A stretch of 62,638 nt of DNA, the filler included, from Choristocarpus tenellus KU-1152 (lineage: Eukaryota; Protista; Phaeophyceae): NCBI GenBank assembly GCA_964200185.2. It is 13 parts of 13 records of this genome, joined end to end, with 100 filler letters (N's around TTAATTAATTAA, not from the genome) between each part and the next. Parts side by side here need not be neighbours in the genome. Positions count along the whole stretch, not along the records: positions 1 to 6,268 come from CAXNAD020008525.1; positions 6,369 to 9,714 come from CAXNAD020020661.1; positions 9,815 to 12,956 come from CAXNAD020022013.1; positions 13,057 to 16,315 come from CAXNAD020021208.1; 9 more parts are not named here. The stretch is one strand, 5' to 3'. This document shows positions 1 through 13,538 of the stretch, piece after piece. The notes below the pieces were generated by a model. That model saw nothing but the letters and a program-made list of their open reading frames with translations, had not been told where the DNA came from and did not search any database. Position 1 is the first letter of the stretch. Each line of letters begins with the position of its first letter. Made by a program: the position numbers and the translations under genes.

Positions 1-653
1 GGGGGCTTTTTTGTGGTAGTAAGGGGTGGGGTGGTGGTGAGGGGTGGCGGGAGAGGAGGGGGGGGGGGGGGGGGGGGGGGGGGAGAGGAGTTACGTATAA
101 CAGGGAAGTGGTTGGAGGTCTCTCTTGAAGGTGACTTGCAAGTGTCATGGTGGGTGGAAGATAAGCATGCAATCGTGGAGGAGAAGCAAAGGGGGTACAA
201 AACAAACACAAAAAAAAATATGCGAGGGGTGAGCAGAGGGTGTGGCAAGGGGGGACTCAATCGGTGTGCTACGATACGCTATTGACAAGGTCGGTCCAAG
301 TCTCTTCTGCCTTCACTCTCACTCTCACTCTCTCACTCTCACTCTCGTAAGTGACAAGAAGGGGAGTTGATTCGGACTGTTCGTTGACAGGAACCACAAC
401 ACGCCGTAGCCAAGGGTGTTGGAGCAAAGGGTTAGGGGTTACGTAAAAACACTAGCGCACAAACCCTCACACAACCCTTGTAGTAAGCACACGACGGTAC
501 TTGAAAAAAAAATACAAAAAAAAGCCAGTGCGGACGCTTTGCATCACCAGACCCCGACAAATCGATACGGAATCATGCTGTACATAACCCCAAATAACGT
601 GTAGGAAACGTTATTTTCCAACAAAGAATAGGAGGGGGAAGAGAGACTCCCAC

Positions 654-788
654 CTCTTCGCTCAACGCATCCACCCCTGGTAGGACGTCAGCGACCGCTG
701 CACCACGCCTTCCCAGGTGATAGACACTCACAACTCCTGTGAACACTACCAGCGCCACCAGAGCCTCGGGATACAGAGAGGGGAGAAC
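654..788 (-). CDS. SEC23: Sec23-family protein, exon 4 (trunk); gene continues beyond window start
   Basis: VLPSLYPEALVALVVFTGVVSVYHLG...ADVLPG matches the Sec23 trunk pattern LP..A.VGLITF...V.V..L. Canonical AG/GT sites, phase 0. Confidence 0.85.
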
Positions 789-1563
789 CTGGATCGTCAC
801 GGCCCATCACACCCCGTCCAGTCATTGTGGTCAATTAATACCCCGAGGCAGCATGGAGGAGTGATGTCAGAGTCTCGCCATGCAAACAAGCCTACTTGGT
901 GCAAGAAAGCGAAAAGAAACGCCTCCATCAACGAGAGATTATGCAGGATGAGCAGAGATCCGCCGTTTGACACACTGAGGTGCACAGTTTGGTCAAGAGT
1001 ACCCTTGCCTCTGGAATGGCAAAATAAGGTACGATGTTCGGTCAGGACTTCTCTTTGACCGAATTGCCATTGTAAGGTACACTGCAAGGGCGCAAAGTAC
1101 CGCTACTGCATGGTTAACAACAAAGTGCAAGCGAAGGTATTGATAGTATATGGTACAAGTGCTGCATGGCCCTGTTCGCAATAAATAGTGCTAAAAGTCA
1201 TCTCTTGGGCTCCAGTCAAACAACATTTTTTCATAGAATTGGGTTGTCATCCCTCTACAGGGACAGAGCAACACAATACTGCAAATAATGAGGGCACGCG
1301 CCGCAGCGAATGCGTATACAATGCAGGACATGAGCGACTCTCAGCCCAGGGTTGTGGCTTTGAAAAGCATTCACCCTCGCCACCGCTTGCCAGAACAACA
1401 AAAAAAGTTAACAGTTTTTCTTAGAAGCGCAGCGGATGACAACAAGTCCCTACTACAACAGTAATGCTCGCTCTAGCAAGTACTTACAATCACCGGTGCT
1501 AGCAGTCGCAATACACGCGCCACTGAACAAAGAATGATCTTGAAATGTTTGCAATTGTAGTAC

Positions 1564-1757
1564 CTTGTCCACTGATGCCGCCAGCTCAGTCAGTGCTTCC
1601 TCCCTCATGTTCCCATCCACAATCAACACGTAGGTGGGAGCAGTGATCGTTGCATCTAGCCTCCGCTCTGGGCCTGTGGCAAGGCTCAGCCCCGACATTG
1701 CGGACATTACACTGGCCATGGACGCCTCCATATACTCTACCGCCTTGAAGTTCATCT
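1564..1757 (-). CDS. SEC23: Sec23-family protein, exon 3 (start of trunk/vWA domain)
   Basis: Splice gives YP|EMNFKAVEY, then APTYVLIVDGNMREEALTELAASVDK (trunk beta1-alpha1). Canonical AG/GT sites. Confidence 0.85.
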
Positions 1758-2607
1758 CTGCTTTCCAGACACAAGTGAGGATGAAGGAAGGGGCCTTGTT
1801 AGTCTGGTGGGTGTGCTCCCACAGCTTTAGACACAGTATTTTATTCTAATCATATACTCGCAAGAAAGAACGGGCATTATGCATTAGCTGTAGGTCCTTC
1901 GTCGTTGAATGTTTGGGTGTGGTGAAATGTGCAAGGTGGAAGAAATGATCCAAGGGATTTCGTAAGCCCAGTCTGTATTGATCGAAAAACACAATGCCAG
2001 TCTAACAGGATGCAGGAGAGTTTCGTACGTAAGTACACCCAACAGAGTGCACTCTTGATTTTGAGAACATAACACTAGTCCTTCAAGACAATAAGTGTAT
2101 CTCGGTGACGTTGAGTGGATCGAAAATAGAGTTAGGGTGATGAAATGTTTGTCTTGTCACTCTGCAATGAGTGGGGCATAGACATGAACAAGGAGTGCAT
2201 CTTGTTTTGATGCCATAAGTGGTTCAGCACACTCTCATGGCATCACTAAAAGGACGAACGCAATTCACACCTGACAACAGCCCATGCATAGATTCGTACA
2301 GCCCCTGCCCTAAGAGAGGGCCAAGGTAAGGCTGAGCGCCTTATTTGATCCTGTGACCATCCAACGCGACACCAACAATGATGCGTATTGCGCAAAAATC
2401 ATCATGTATCAATGCAACTTGACCACGCGTGCAAAACCCCGGACAACCGATCTGGAAGTTGAACGAACGACTTACACCACAGTACAGTAACCTCCCACAA
2501 GTAATCCACTCACCCCCATCGTGCTTGCTTTCAAAGGTCCCTTTGTTTTCTCTATATATTTCTTTCCCTCGGACGACCCCGGATGGTATGGACAGTTTTT
2601 TTTTTAC

Positions 2608-2878
2608 CTGGGTAGGACTCGCGGTGCTCTGCAGGACTCGAGTCAATGAAATCCTCAGAATAGCAAGGGTTCTCCTTTCCACAAAAGGTGCACTTCCAAC
2701 CCCCCGTGGCTGGATCTACCTCGCAAAACGGGCTTGGATACGCCGAGCAAGATACGCAGAGGAGGGGTTGGCGGCGTAGGGGTGCTACGTTGTTCTCAAG
2801 ACGAACGAAGGGCGCAAAGAGAGCGCCACTTAAGAGGTCCAAGCTCGTTGCAGCACCGCCATCATTGGAGTCGGTACC
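2608..2878 (-). CDS. SEC23: Sec23-family protein, exon 2 (Sec23/Sec24 zinc finger)
   Basis: CAG acceptor and GT donor. Encodes QPLLCVSCSAYPSPF...GGWKCTFCGKEN, the Sec23/24 CxxC-AY...W-x-CxxC zinc finger. Confidence 0.88.
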
Positions 2879-3158
2879 CTGCCATCATGCAAGTGGAGGG
2901 TTTAATGTTCAGATAAGATGTCGGATCATTCAACGACCTTGAAATCAAGAGGGGTACAAAACAAAGGAGCTGCAAAGCAGTAACACCTGATGATGGAGGG
3001 TTGTTCACCCACTTTGAAATGTTCACTATGGTTTGTCTTTGGATTGCAGAACAGGTTGCATTATTGCACCCTGCCAATAAACCTGGACAGCATAGAGGAC
3101 TAGCAGCATTTTTATCCTTTGTATGTCCAACTGTACTCTGGTTTCAAAACTAGACCAC

Positions 3159-3317
3159 CTTGAGCAAAGAGTACGATGAGAACCGCAGTGGTGGGGGAGG
3201 TGGAGGACTGGCCGTGAAGTTCTCGAAGTTCTCAATTTCGTCATTTTCCGGCTGCAGATTGTCCTTCCACGTCCCAGATGTATTTTCCCTTTCTATCCCA
3301 TTTGCCATCGGCATCAT
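3159..3317 (-). CDS. SEC23: Sec23-family COPII coat protein (divergent, plant SEC23A-like), exon 1
   Basis: ATG at 3317, reads ...PPPPLRFSSYSLLK, GT donor follows 3159. Splices in phase 0 to exon 2. Confidence 0.7.
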
Positions 3318-4091
3318 GTATTGCCCTGGCCCCAATCTTCACTGCTTCGGAACCCAACACGAGTAAAGACACTACCAAAGTAAGAAGAAACTAACGCGCG
3401 CGAGTTCAGGGAGTTGGACACGCGAGGTCGCGAATCTCCAAATATATTCGTTGCACCAAAAAAAAGCGAAAAATGATACTATTTGTATAGTAGATAATAC
3501 TCCCATGTCTGAAAGAGATCACCCTTCCCCAACAAAAGGGTCACAACTAGTAGTTGTGGATTGTTGATCCGTTGGTTCGTGGAACACTGCCATTTGATGA
3601 GTAGATCAGGAGAGAGGATCCTTTATCACACAAGTGGTGCTCAGTTTGAGAAGGACCGATGATACAAATGAATGAAATAGATATGTCGCCAGATAGGCAC
3701 CATGCCACAATGGTTGCTGTTTGCTCGAACACGTCCACCCCGATGACATCAGCTTGTGAGGAGAAGGAGGAGGTTACTGACGCTGAAGAAAAATTGGAGG
3801 CAATGTCCGTCGGGGTAGGTTTTGTCTCCACAGCTAATTGTAAACAAGTAGTGTGCGTGGATTAGCGTATGATGTTCTGACCCAGTGTACATCCAAATTT
3901 TCTAACAATAGCGCAAACATCTTCCCAAAAGCACCCAAGCACAACTATTCCACCTAACGACCTGCTCCAAATTCCTTACTCTTCAATACATTCCCCCCCT
4001 AGTACTCTTCCCTTGCACCAACGGTTACATCCACCCAATTGAATTTCAACTGAAAAAGGATGAGCCAAGCTCGAGCTTGAGGCGAATCTTC

Positions 4092-4566
4092 ATGCGAAAA
4101 GGGGAAATCGGGGGGAGAGGTTTAGCACACATGGTAGACCAGTCTTTAGAGGAAGAGGAAGAGAAGGGTGACCCTCCTCCGCCAGAGAGCAAGTGTGAGG
4201 AGGGTCACAAATTTGCAGCTGATGAAGAAGAGAACCAATGGTGGCTTCGATCGCAGTGGACGGGGCTTGGATCGGAGTCGGGATCTGGCCGGGTTAGTCC
4301 ATTCTTCGCTTGGGGGATGGGCTACAGAGAAGGTAGCAATGACGGCATGGACGAGGAACATTTGCGGACTCTGTCGAACTTGACTACGAGGGAGGAAGTA
4401 GAGAATGGACTTGTGGGAGAGAGAGACAGCACTCCCAGTAGAGAGGCTAAGGCCAATCTCACTCTTGAACCTGGAGCAACCAGCTTATCTCTAGGAGGGG
4501 GAAGAGACTCTCTCTCCGTGATACTCTCTGATTTAACTGGCACGGAGACTGATGACAGCTTTGAAG
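4092..4566 (+). CDS. Probable exon of an unknown acidic, low-complexity protein, divergent from SEC23
   Basis: Purine-rich open frame (SLEEEEEKGD...SFE) ending at a GT donor (GAAG|GTGGGT). No recognisable domain. Confidence 0.4.
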
Positions 4567-6268
4567 GTGGGTGCTATGTCCCACATTTTGAACCTGTCAG
4601 TATGTGTATGTGTGTGCATCTACTTTACCTTTATTCTGTTAGAGTGACTTTGTTGAGTAAGGCCCCAGCGTCAAGAAGGTCGACAGTTATGTACATATTT
4701 ACGAGAGATGGGAAATTTAGCGAGTGGAGGATATATTCGCGAATTTCAACATGTACATCCATTCTCATTCTGTCGTCGATCAGGCATTCCCCCCAACCCA
4801 AGTATTTAGCAGCACATATCGACAGGAATACAACTGTGCTACCATAGTTTGCCATTTACTATGAATAATAGAATTCTATGATCTTGTTGGATGGGTGAGT
4901 TAACTACAGGTCTGACATGTGTGCCATGTGAGTTGGATGAACCTTTTTGGGCCCCCTACGAGAATGCCTGACCCAAGTTCATGATTGTGTGTTAATGGTA
5001 CGATTGGTTCTGAAATAGATCACTGAGTACTTGTAACTTGTAACCTACCTCTCAAAGAAATAATTGTCTCTTGCCATACAGGATGTGACAAGTCACTTGT
5101 ACTACTGTGATACAAAAAACGCTCTGGAGTTGATTCATTTGACCTTTTTTGCTTTAAATCCTGTTGAGTATGAGGGCAACGGTTGGTGGGTTTGTATTTT
5201 TAGCCCAATGGGAAGAGAGTTATCGTGTTTGAATCTCCTTCATATGGGATTTGTTGACATTGTGGTCGGGGGAGGGGGTGGAAACACTTGGCTTTTTTGT
5301 CGACGACCACATCACTTGGAGCTGTTTTATGTGAGTGTGCCTGTGATGATTCAGCGGAAAGCATCCAAAGTGACATACCAGGAGTCGTATTGTAAGGAAT
5401 ATTCCCACGGCAGAGAGAGAGAGAGAGAGAGAGTTTCAAGATGTTGGAGTGTTTTTAATGCTGTATCTGATGCTAACCTCACCGCAGAGTCGATCATGTG
5501 AAATGTCATAATGTTATGCTCATATGTGTGTTGAAACGTTGAGCTTCCGCGTGAAGTCGAATTGCCAGAAATAGGGTATATCTTTTCTTTTACAAGCTAG
5601 TTGGTCTGTCTCGGTTCATGTCTTGTCTTTTGGGGGCTGGGTTCAGCCATCCTGCCGCTTTTCCCTCCACAATGAATCTTTTCCATCTCCTTGGTCTGGC
5701 GTTTTTGTGGTATAGCAATAGATAAGGGTTGTACAGGGGTGCAAGTCCACGGTATTGCTTGCCATGCGGACTTCAGATCGAAAACCAGGTTTCCCATAAG
5801 AGATGTCAGGCGTGTAGGGGGTTTGGAAATCCTCGAATTCCTGCGAGGAAGCATCGCCCATTTTTGCCACTGAGCTATGAGGATCCTCAGTGCTTCAAAT
5901 TGAAAATATATTGAGTGCTCTGCAGAGGCTGGCGTGAATGCATATTGCGGGCATGGTAAGACAGTGCTATTGGTCTTTTGCAGTGTGCAGTTCCAGGCAC
6001 TTAGATTTAACTTTGCAAGAACAGGACATGAACTCTTCACAAGCACGGTTAAGCTGTGTGGATTGCTGTAATTCATATATCCGTTTATGCACTTGGAAGG
6101 CGTGTCTACTGTAAATGTGAAAACAGCCACAAGCTTGGAAGCCTTTCCCTAGTGGTATTTCTTCTTCTGCCCTGCAATAGTCACCTTCCTCCTCCGTTCC
6201 CCATAGTCCTGCCCCCCCTTCCCCCCCCTCCTTGTTTTCCCTGTGTTTGTCGCCCTGATCCCTCCCCC

Positions 6269-6368
6269 NNNNNNNNNNNNNNNNNNNNNNNNNNNNNNNN
6301 NNNNNNNNNNNNTTAATTAATTAANNNNNNNNNNNNNNNNNNNNNNNNNNNNNNNNNNNNNNNNNNNN
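6269..6368. other. Artificial 100-bp contig linker (first of 12)
   Basis: 44N-TTAATTAATTAA-44N. Also starts at 9715, 12957, 16316, 22252, 30825, 33978, 37541, 41277, 48007, 50677 and 57077. Confidence 0.97.
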
Positions 6369-8519
6369 CGAATGTCCCGCATTATCTTCTGTGCGTACAT
6401 AAAATAATACTTCAAATCATATTCTCACAAATGGTCAAGCATAATCTTGACAAAAGCCATATTTCATTGTAGAAAATTCCCATCCAGGTGTGGGCCTGTA
6501 GGAATGAATAGAAGCTGACTTATTTGAGTAGGCTGGGTAATCTTATGCTGTGCCCATCTCGGTGTCCCCCTTACGTCATGTGCAGCCAGTAGTATGTGGA
6601 CTTCTGGGGGTTGTCCTGGAGGGGAAGTGTCCCCCCAGTCTACCCATCCTTGGCTAATGATTGCAGTCAGGTCTTCGGTAGAAACCCTGGCAGAGAGGAT
6701 GGATGGAGTAGAAGCTCCAAGGGTCAAGACTGTGGGGCTAGAGCAGATAGCGGCAATAGATTCCCTTCCAGTGATGCCTTGTTGGGGTGCAAGGAGGGAG
6801 GGGAGGTCTCCAGTTGAATCTACGATAGCACTAGGATAATGTGACGGTGGATTATGGTGGAGAGATGTGTGCTGCCTGCACTGGACAGGATTTGGACCTG
6901 TCTGTACTTACTGTTGGTATGATGCCAAGCGCAGATAGATACATACTGGTAAACCCTTCTAAAAAAATCCATGGCCTCCTCAGGCGAGTCAGCAACTTAC
7001 AAGGTTGTCTCTCTTGGGCACATAGCGAACAAGTAGTATCCGCCTGGTCTATGTCTGGGCCCGCTAGTTGCAAGGGGGTGACCCTGATCTAGTAGCTGAG
7101 GCAGGGGAAGAGGAACCAAGAGTTGAGGGGCCAAACAACTTGTTTGTTCTCCATCTCTGTGATGTGGTTGGCGAGGTCTCGTGACCTAGAGGTCTCCAGG
7201 AGTTAACTCCATCTGTATGAGCTTGGACAAAAAAGTAGATGTGCCAACAGGACCGTCGTTGAACACAAAACCATCGGTGGCTGGGCCCAGGTTGATACCC
7301 GTTGTGGCTACTAGGAGGTCTCAATCAAACTGGAGGGCTGGTTGTCATTGGGCGGGGAGGGGAAGGTGTTCTCCATATATATTTAGGAGAATCCCCAACG
7401 TCTATAAATTTTGAGTTGGAAAAAACCCTAGCACTATTATTATGTGTGTGTGTGGAGCTCTCAACATGATTTGATGAACTGTACAACGCTCTATTGTGTT
7501 TGCGTTGTGCGTTGTGCGTTGTGCATTGCTGTGGTCTGTATTACCATATTCAACAATGATCCAACTTGTTAGTTTTTGGTCTATGGTTCGATTTCAAATC
7601 GTAGCCCACAATTCCTCCTGTCAATATGAGCAATTCTGTTGCCATATGTTGTTCCTGAGGCCTACCAATGAACGGTTAACATAGGGGATCTGTCGGTGAA
7701 CCGGTAGCTAGCTCCCTGGAAGAAAGAGTATTCGCTTAGGAAGGTTGAATAGTGTGTGTAATGGTTTGAATTTTAAAAAGAAATGTTGAAGGATCGAACA
7801 TATCAGGACCATCTGGACGAGGCTATACAAGGATGTGCCATTGCATCAAGGTGAGCCTTGTCAAATAATTTTTGTTCGAGATAATCGATTGATTTACCCT
7901 GTTGCGAGGAACTGGAAAAGGGCGAGGGTGCAGATGAAGCCTCGAGCAAATGCAACAACCCCGGTTCGCTCCATCGATTTTGTGCCTTACGTTATCTCGT
8001 TCTCAAATGATTTTGATCTAAACTTCACTTTCCTGTATCTGCGTGCTCATCTCAGTTTCTTACGCTAATCTAATAACTTAGCAGTCCTGCCACATGCTGC
8101 CATCCCATTGGTGCTTGTTTTCATTTTCAATCCTATCTCTGAAACATGTAGGGCTATCCGCCTCGTGGAGGCAGAGGCAACTCGGAGGGCTGCGCTCCTA
8201 CGCGCCTCGTACGGTGATTACTGTGCTTCCATCTCGCGTCTCGAGGCACTGCAGGTGTGTTAACCGACTGCAGCATTAATGCTGTAGGTTATAACCCGTC
8301 ATCGGGTACTTTAGGTCTTGACCTTGATGTATTTTGAATTAATCTCGGTGGTGCAGATGATGTACTGATGATGGTAACCTTATGGTGTCCTCAACCTCAT
8401 ACTCCCTTACAAGTGATCGCGCACCTGCCTCATCTGTACCATCCTTATCGACCTCATGAGTTCCGCATCCACAACATCCGTCTTCCTACTCTTATTTTCG
8501 CCCCCATGGATGTCCTCAG

Positions 8520-9714
8520 GCTCTCACCGATGGCATCAACGATAAAGGTGATGACCAAGTGACCACTGTTTCTGTGTCGAGCACGAGGAAAGAGAGACGC
8601 CGACACGAAAAAAATACTGCATCCGCATCTATAGGTCCAGGTGACGGAGGCAAAAGGGATGGTGGTCGTGGTGGTAGTGGTCGTAGTTGTAGTGAAAATG
8701 ATGATCTTGGAGATAGCAGTAGTAACGGTGATCCAGGCTTAGGAGAGAGGGCAGTTGATCTTGAGGAATTGGTACCCAGTACTACAATAGATTCCCTGGA
8801 ATCACTGCGTCTGGTATTGGAGCAAGCTCGCCGTATTCGCATGACAGGAACGTCCGTGCTAGAGAAATCAACCTCTGAGAGGGGTGGCAGACATGCATCT
8901 ACTCATGGGGTTGAGAAGGGGGGGCAGAGGGCGAAAGTTCATGGCAGAGTCTCAAATGGGCATCATGGAACTATTGGTGAGATAAGAAACCGTAACACAG
9001 GAGATGAAAGGGTATTGAATGCCTATGCTTGTGGCCAGGCCTCGAGACATGGAGGAAGGCATGTCCAAAGGGGTAAGGTCACACCAACACCTAAGGCAGT
9101 TAAAGGGTCTCAGGACCCACAGGAAACTCGTGGTGGGGCAAGCAAGACTTCGGTGTCTGCCTCAGACCCTCTTGGTGTCTTAGAAGATGCTGCTTTGGCC
9201 ATGGATCTTCCGGAAGGGCTTAAGGCGGATGTGGCACTCTGTTCAAAACTTATCTCATCTCTAGGCCTAGGGCATAGGAGGGGACCCAGGCTGGGATGGG
9301 AACAGCAGGGCAATAAAAAAAACAGATTTGTTGATGGCAGAGTTGTTGGAGACTGTAAGGGTCAGAAGTGGGCCTTGGGGCATGGGACTCCCCCAGATGA
9401 AGAAAGGGAGCTTTTGTTTGCCCTTGAGGGACTGGAGGAGACCAACTGCAGGGACATAGATTATCCAGTTGAACACTTAGGAGTAGGGATTGGATCGGGG
9501 CTAGGAAAGGAGCAAGCTGGATATAGTGATGGGGTGGCATCTGGTGCAGCAACAGGGTTGCTACCACTGCTACCAGATTCTCAATACCTGGAGTGGTTTG
9601 GAGGTCAAGATCGAGTAAGAAATAGCTTCAGGGAAGGAGGTGATAGGCAAGGACTGGTGGGGATTGGGAAGGGGGGGGGGAGGGGCGATGAAAGGTTGGA
9701 AGCTGCAGATGTTG
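8520..9714 (+). CDS. Large exon of an unknown Gly/Ser-rich protein, truncated by gap
   Basis: About 400 codons open after a CAG acceptor, running into the N gap. No recognisable domain. Confidence 0.5.
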
Positions 9715-10736
9715 NNNNNNNNNNNNNNNNNNNNNNNNNNNNNNNNNNNNNNNNNNNNTTAATTAATTAANNNNNNNNNNNNNNNNNNNNNNNNNNNNNN
9801 NNNNNNNNNNNNNNCCTACATGGACGCACCGATGGCTTATGCGGATCCAACAGCTTGGGAAGGAGGTTGGTGTCAAAAGGCCCTGAATGTAGTGATGCTT
9901 GATAGATGAAGTGATTGGATAAGGTTAGGGTGAGAACTGATGTGCTTCTCACGATGGGTACCATTTGTGTTGTTTATACAGATTGCTTTTTTTTAGTTAG
10001 TTCATAGTCTTACCCCCTTCAGTAAGAAAAAAAGGGGGTTAGGGGTGTAAATAAAGCCCAAGAAATTGTATAGCCTGTCCTATGGTACTTTGTATGTGAA
10101 GAGCTGTGCAGACACATAGGTGCCAACGAGCCCCCCTTGGTCATACTTCATCACCCTCGTGAAGGGCGATCGGCACGCAGGATGAAGGTTGGGGTCAATA
10201 ATAGGGTTTGAGGTGTGAGATGCGAAGTGTTTTGAATGGAAGTCTGATTGTATTTTTCATACAGCATTTGGGGGGTATATTTTTCACTCTGCAATCTCTC
10301 ACCGGTGTAACTTTTCTTATTTATTGCTTGTGCGTTTTTCCTGTCTCTACTTTTTTTTTTTTTGCTCTGTAAAGGTATGCTGTTCCTGAATAGTCTTTGC
10401 CCCCCAACCGTTGTTCTGTATGTTCGTCTTCGAACAGTTCATGACAGGGAGACTGGAAGGGGGACAGGTTCGCCTCTATTTTGATATTTTGAGGCAATTT
10501 TGTTGATGGTGTTGATTACCGAATCGACAGGAGTGCCTCTCAAATGTTGGGTGGAAAATATTACAAAGGTCCAGTTATAGTTGACCGTACTCTCTAAACC
10601 TTGATGGTTTCTTGGCAAACAAAAGAGTGGAGTGTTGTTAAGTGGTCGATGGCGGGGGTTGTGTTGATTGGGTTCGCTCTTGGTGAGAGGATCTCCTTGT
10701 TGTGGTGTCATTTTGCCAATATTCAAGGAGTAGTGC

Positions 10737-10769
<33 letters not shown>

Positions 10770-11199
10770 TCCTCTGTCCTTGGACAAGTCTTGGTGGATT
10801 GTGGTATTGTGGTATTGAACTGGGCTGTGGGTGTATCAGGGTTCGAACTTGATCTTCAGTTTGTTAGGTTTTGTGAGGATGGTTGGAGGTGAACTCTGAC
10901 CTGAGAAGCACAGATAAATCCTGGGGATAGGTAATGCCGTGGGAGGGGTAGGTAGGGAGGGATGGATGTGGTCGGGGGTGGGGTGTGTGAGGGGGGTTCT
11001 GGACATTGTGTGGATGGTCAATGTTGTAGAGAATGACATTGGCATAGGGCCTTTTCTCGTTTTTCGTCCTTGACACTGCTTTGTGTTTAATCTGATTGTA
11101 TGTTTTGATAGGTGTGTTTTCATGTTTGATGTGTGTCTATCGCCCTCGTGTATCTGGTTCTGCTTTTTGTGCATGCATAGTAAGGTCATGGAGTAATTT

Positions 11200-11725
11200 T
11201 TTATTTTATCGCAGTTAATATTTGAACCCTATTCAGCTCTGTAGCACAAGAGGTTTGGTTGCGAGGGTTGTCTGATGGTGCAGCATGTTTGTCATCATGA
11301 AGTGTTTGCTTGATGCTCCCTTTGGAAATAGGATGTGTGGGGAAGGTGGTGGGAGTGAAGATGTTGGTTGAAGTGGGAAAACAGTCGAATGCCTTATGTT
11401 TGTACTGTCATGGAAGGAGTGACAACCGGACTAGTAAGCATGTCTCTCTGTATTGAGCTTGGCTGCCGATTAGTGTCTATTCTGTAGGCCAGCTGTTATT
11501 GTCAGTTGAATGACGAGATGTTGGTTGGTATTACATGGAAGGTGTAAGTACACAGTGAAAGTGGTGTACAATAGGGGCATGGGAAGTATTGGAGAGAAAT
11601 GGTGCAACCTTGTATTGGTGTCATGCAGGGATGTTTAGCGTGATGAGTTGTAATTGGAAGCTGTTGTGTGGCTGGGCAGATTCTTTGAGTATGTGAAAAA
11701 TTTGAAAGGGGATGAGGGGGTTGGG

Positions 11726-11765
<40 letters not shown>

Positions 11766-12900
11766 GGATGGTTGTGCATTTCACACCCAGTGTGAGGGTG
11801 GTCATAAGCCACTGTGGCAGGCCATACGCTACTAGTTAATTCTTCTTTTATGTTCTGCTGCCCATTGACTACTTTTTCATGGCCATTATACTTCAATTCT
11901 TTTTTTTTCTACTATGCACAGTTCTGCACACTCACGTAAAAGAGATATATTTTAAAAATTATAATCCGAATGTCTTGTGTGTTAGAAAAAAATTCGAGTT
12001 CCTTATTAGCAGCATTGGGGATTGGTTTTTCAGTGATAATTGAGAATCGGGTAACCTACTGGAGTTGGTTGGATATAGATGATCAGAACTAGTGCACTGC
12101 TTGCTGGATGTTTGTGGATGCACTACCCAGTAGTAGCAGTGTGTCTGATTTTGCGACTACTTACAGTGCTTGTTCCTATTTCAAGGCTCTGTATTTGATT
12201 AAAGAGGGGGAAGCTCAGTTTGTGCAATAATCCCTGACCTTTTTAATTATGCAAGCGCAAGGAACACTTGTTTGGGATGATCAGGGGTAGGGCAGTGGAT
12301 GGGGGCAAGATATGTGTACTTGATGCTCTGATGTATGGTGTGTATGCATGTGGCTGGGTTGTGGCCATTGTTTGACATCATCATTCGTCATTGTTTGATA
12401 CATGTCCAATTGTATTCGGAATCTGATGTAGTGGTACAGAGTATTGGTGTGCTATGTCACTGAAAAGGAGGCAATAAGTGAAGGGACACCTCTGTTTTGT
12501 TCAGCACATTAGTAGTACTGACAGTTAATTTTTCTTTTATGTCGTACTTGACTGTGAGTCAGTGGCATTGTTAATTATTCTTGTTTGCCAAGGCAGATTT
12601 TCTAGGAACTTTTCGGGAGGCAATGAAATAAGAGTTATTTCTTTGTGTGGATTGTGCTTGCCAGTATGGTATTGGTAAGCGTTGGGTCTATGAGTGGACT
12701 GCGTGTGAAACTCTATACCGCTAATTAATAATACAATATGTTACGAGAGTGTTGCTATTTCCGTTGTGTGCTGCGTAAACGTGGATAGAAGATACAGCTT
12801 CTTAATGAAGGTTTAAGCTCTATGCTCCTTCTGTTTTTAGGTATTGTACCACAATCGATTGATGGCAGCATTTTTGAGTTTTTAATAACACGGGTTGTGG
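11200..12900 (+). mobile_element. Highly decayed Ty3/Gypsy pol (RNase H/integrase) remnant
   Basis: Broken frames resembling the integrase zinc-binding region (RTSALL...VSDFATTYSACSYFK). Many stops. Confidence 0.3.
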
Positions 12901-13276
12901 GTGAAGGGATAAATGATAAAATGAATATGCAATATTTTGATCTGTTTATGTGGGGGNNNNNNNNNNNNNNNNNNNNNNNNNNNNNNNNNNNNNNNNNNNN
13001 TTAATTAATTAANNNNNNNNNNNNNNNNNNNNNNNNNNNNNNNNNNNNNNNNNNNNCCCCCCAGATACTTTGAGTCACTCCTTGTGCAACTCGAATTGTT
13101 GGAGACGTTTATGCCCTACCAACCTATCTGCTTCTTTTTTATTTTTTGTGACTTGAATCTCTCCCTCACCCCCACTCCTTTTATTGACTTGAACTGAATA
13201 TCCCACTATTAGGCACTCTCCCTTCTTTAACCACTTTCTTTCACTGTGGTGACTTGTTAATTATTCTAGAAACGAT

Positions 13277-13538
13277 GAGTGAAAGTATCTTAGAGGGTAC
13301 GAGTTTTGCCCTTTTTGCCCGTTTGGGTTTGGTTTCACACGGGTTCTTGATGACATTTTACCTAATCCAAACTGTTTCGGAGCAGGCAAAATGTATACGT
13401 TATGAAAAGGTGTGTCTCGAACAAGGATATTGACACTTCCTAACAAACGCTATAGCCAAATTTACATCAAAATCGCAAGAATGGATTTTAGCCCCCAAAT
13501 GGACAAGGGTCTATCTACCCTCTAAGATATTTTGGCTC
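13277..13538 (+). mobile_element. MITE family A (Sola2-like, non-autonomous), full copy
   Basis: GAGTGAAAGTATCTTAGAGGGTA...TACCCTCTAAGATATTTTGGCTC terminal inverted repeats, flanked by a CGAT/CGAT duplication. Confidence 0.9.

Noticed and set aside
13-285. Gly-rich ORF (and similar ORFs at 11621-11896 and 41722-42088)
   Set aside because: Products of poly-G or (ATT)n tracts. The first lies in presumed SEC23 intron sequence.
6313-6324. Recurrent TTAATTAATTAA as a biological motif
   Set aside because: Always centred in an exact 100-bp N block and gives stops in all six frames, so it is an artificial linker.
6464-7400. Possible retroelement C-terminal remnant on the minus strand
   Set aside because: Broken frames with only a CxxC, not enough motif support to call.
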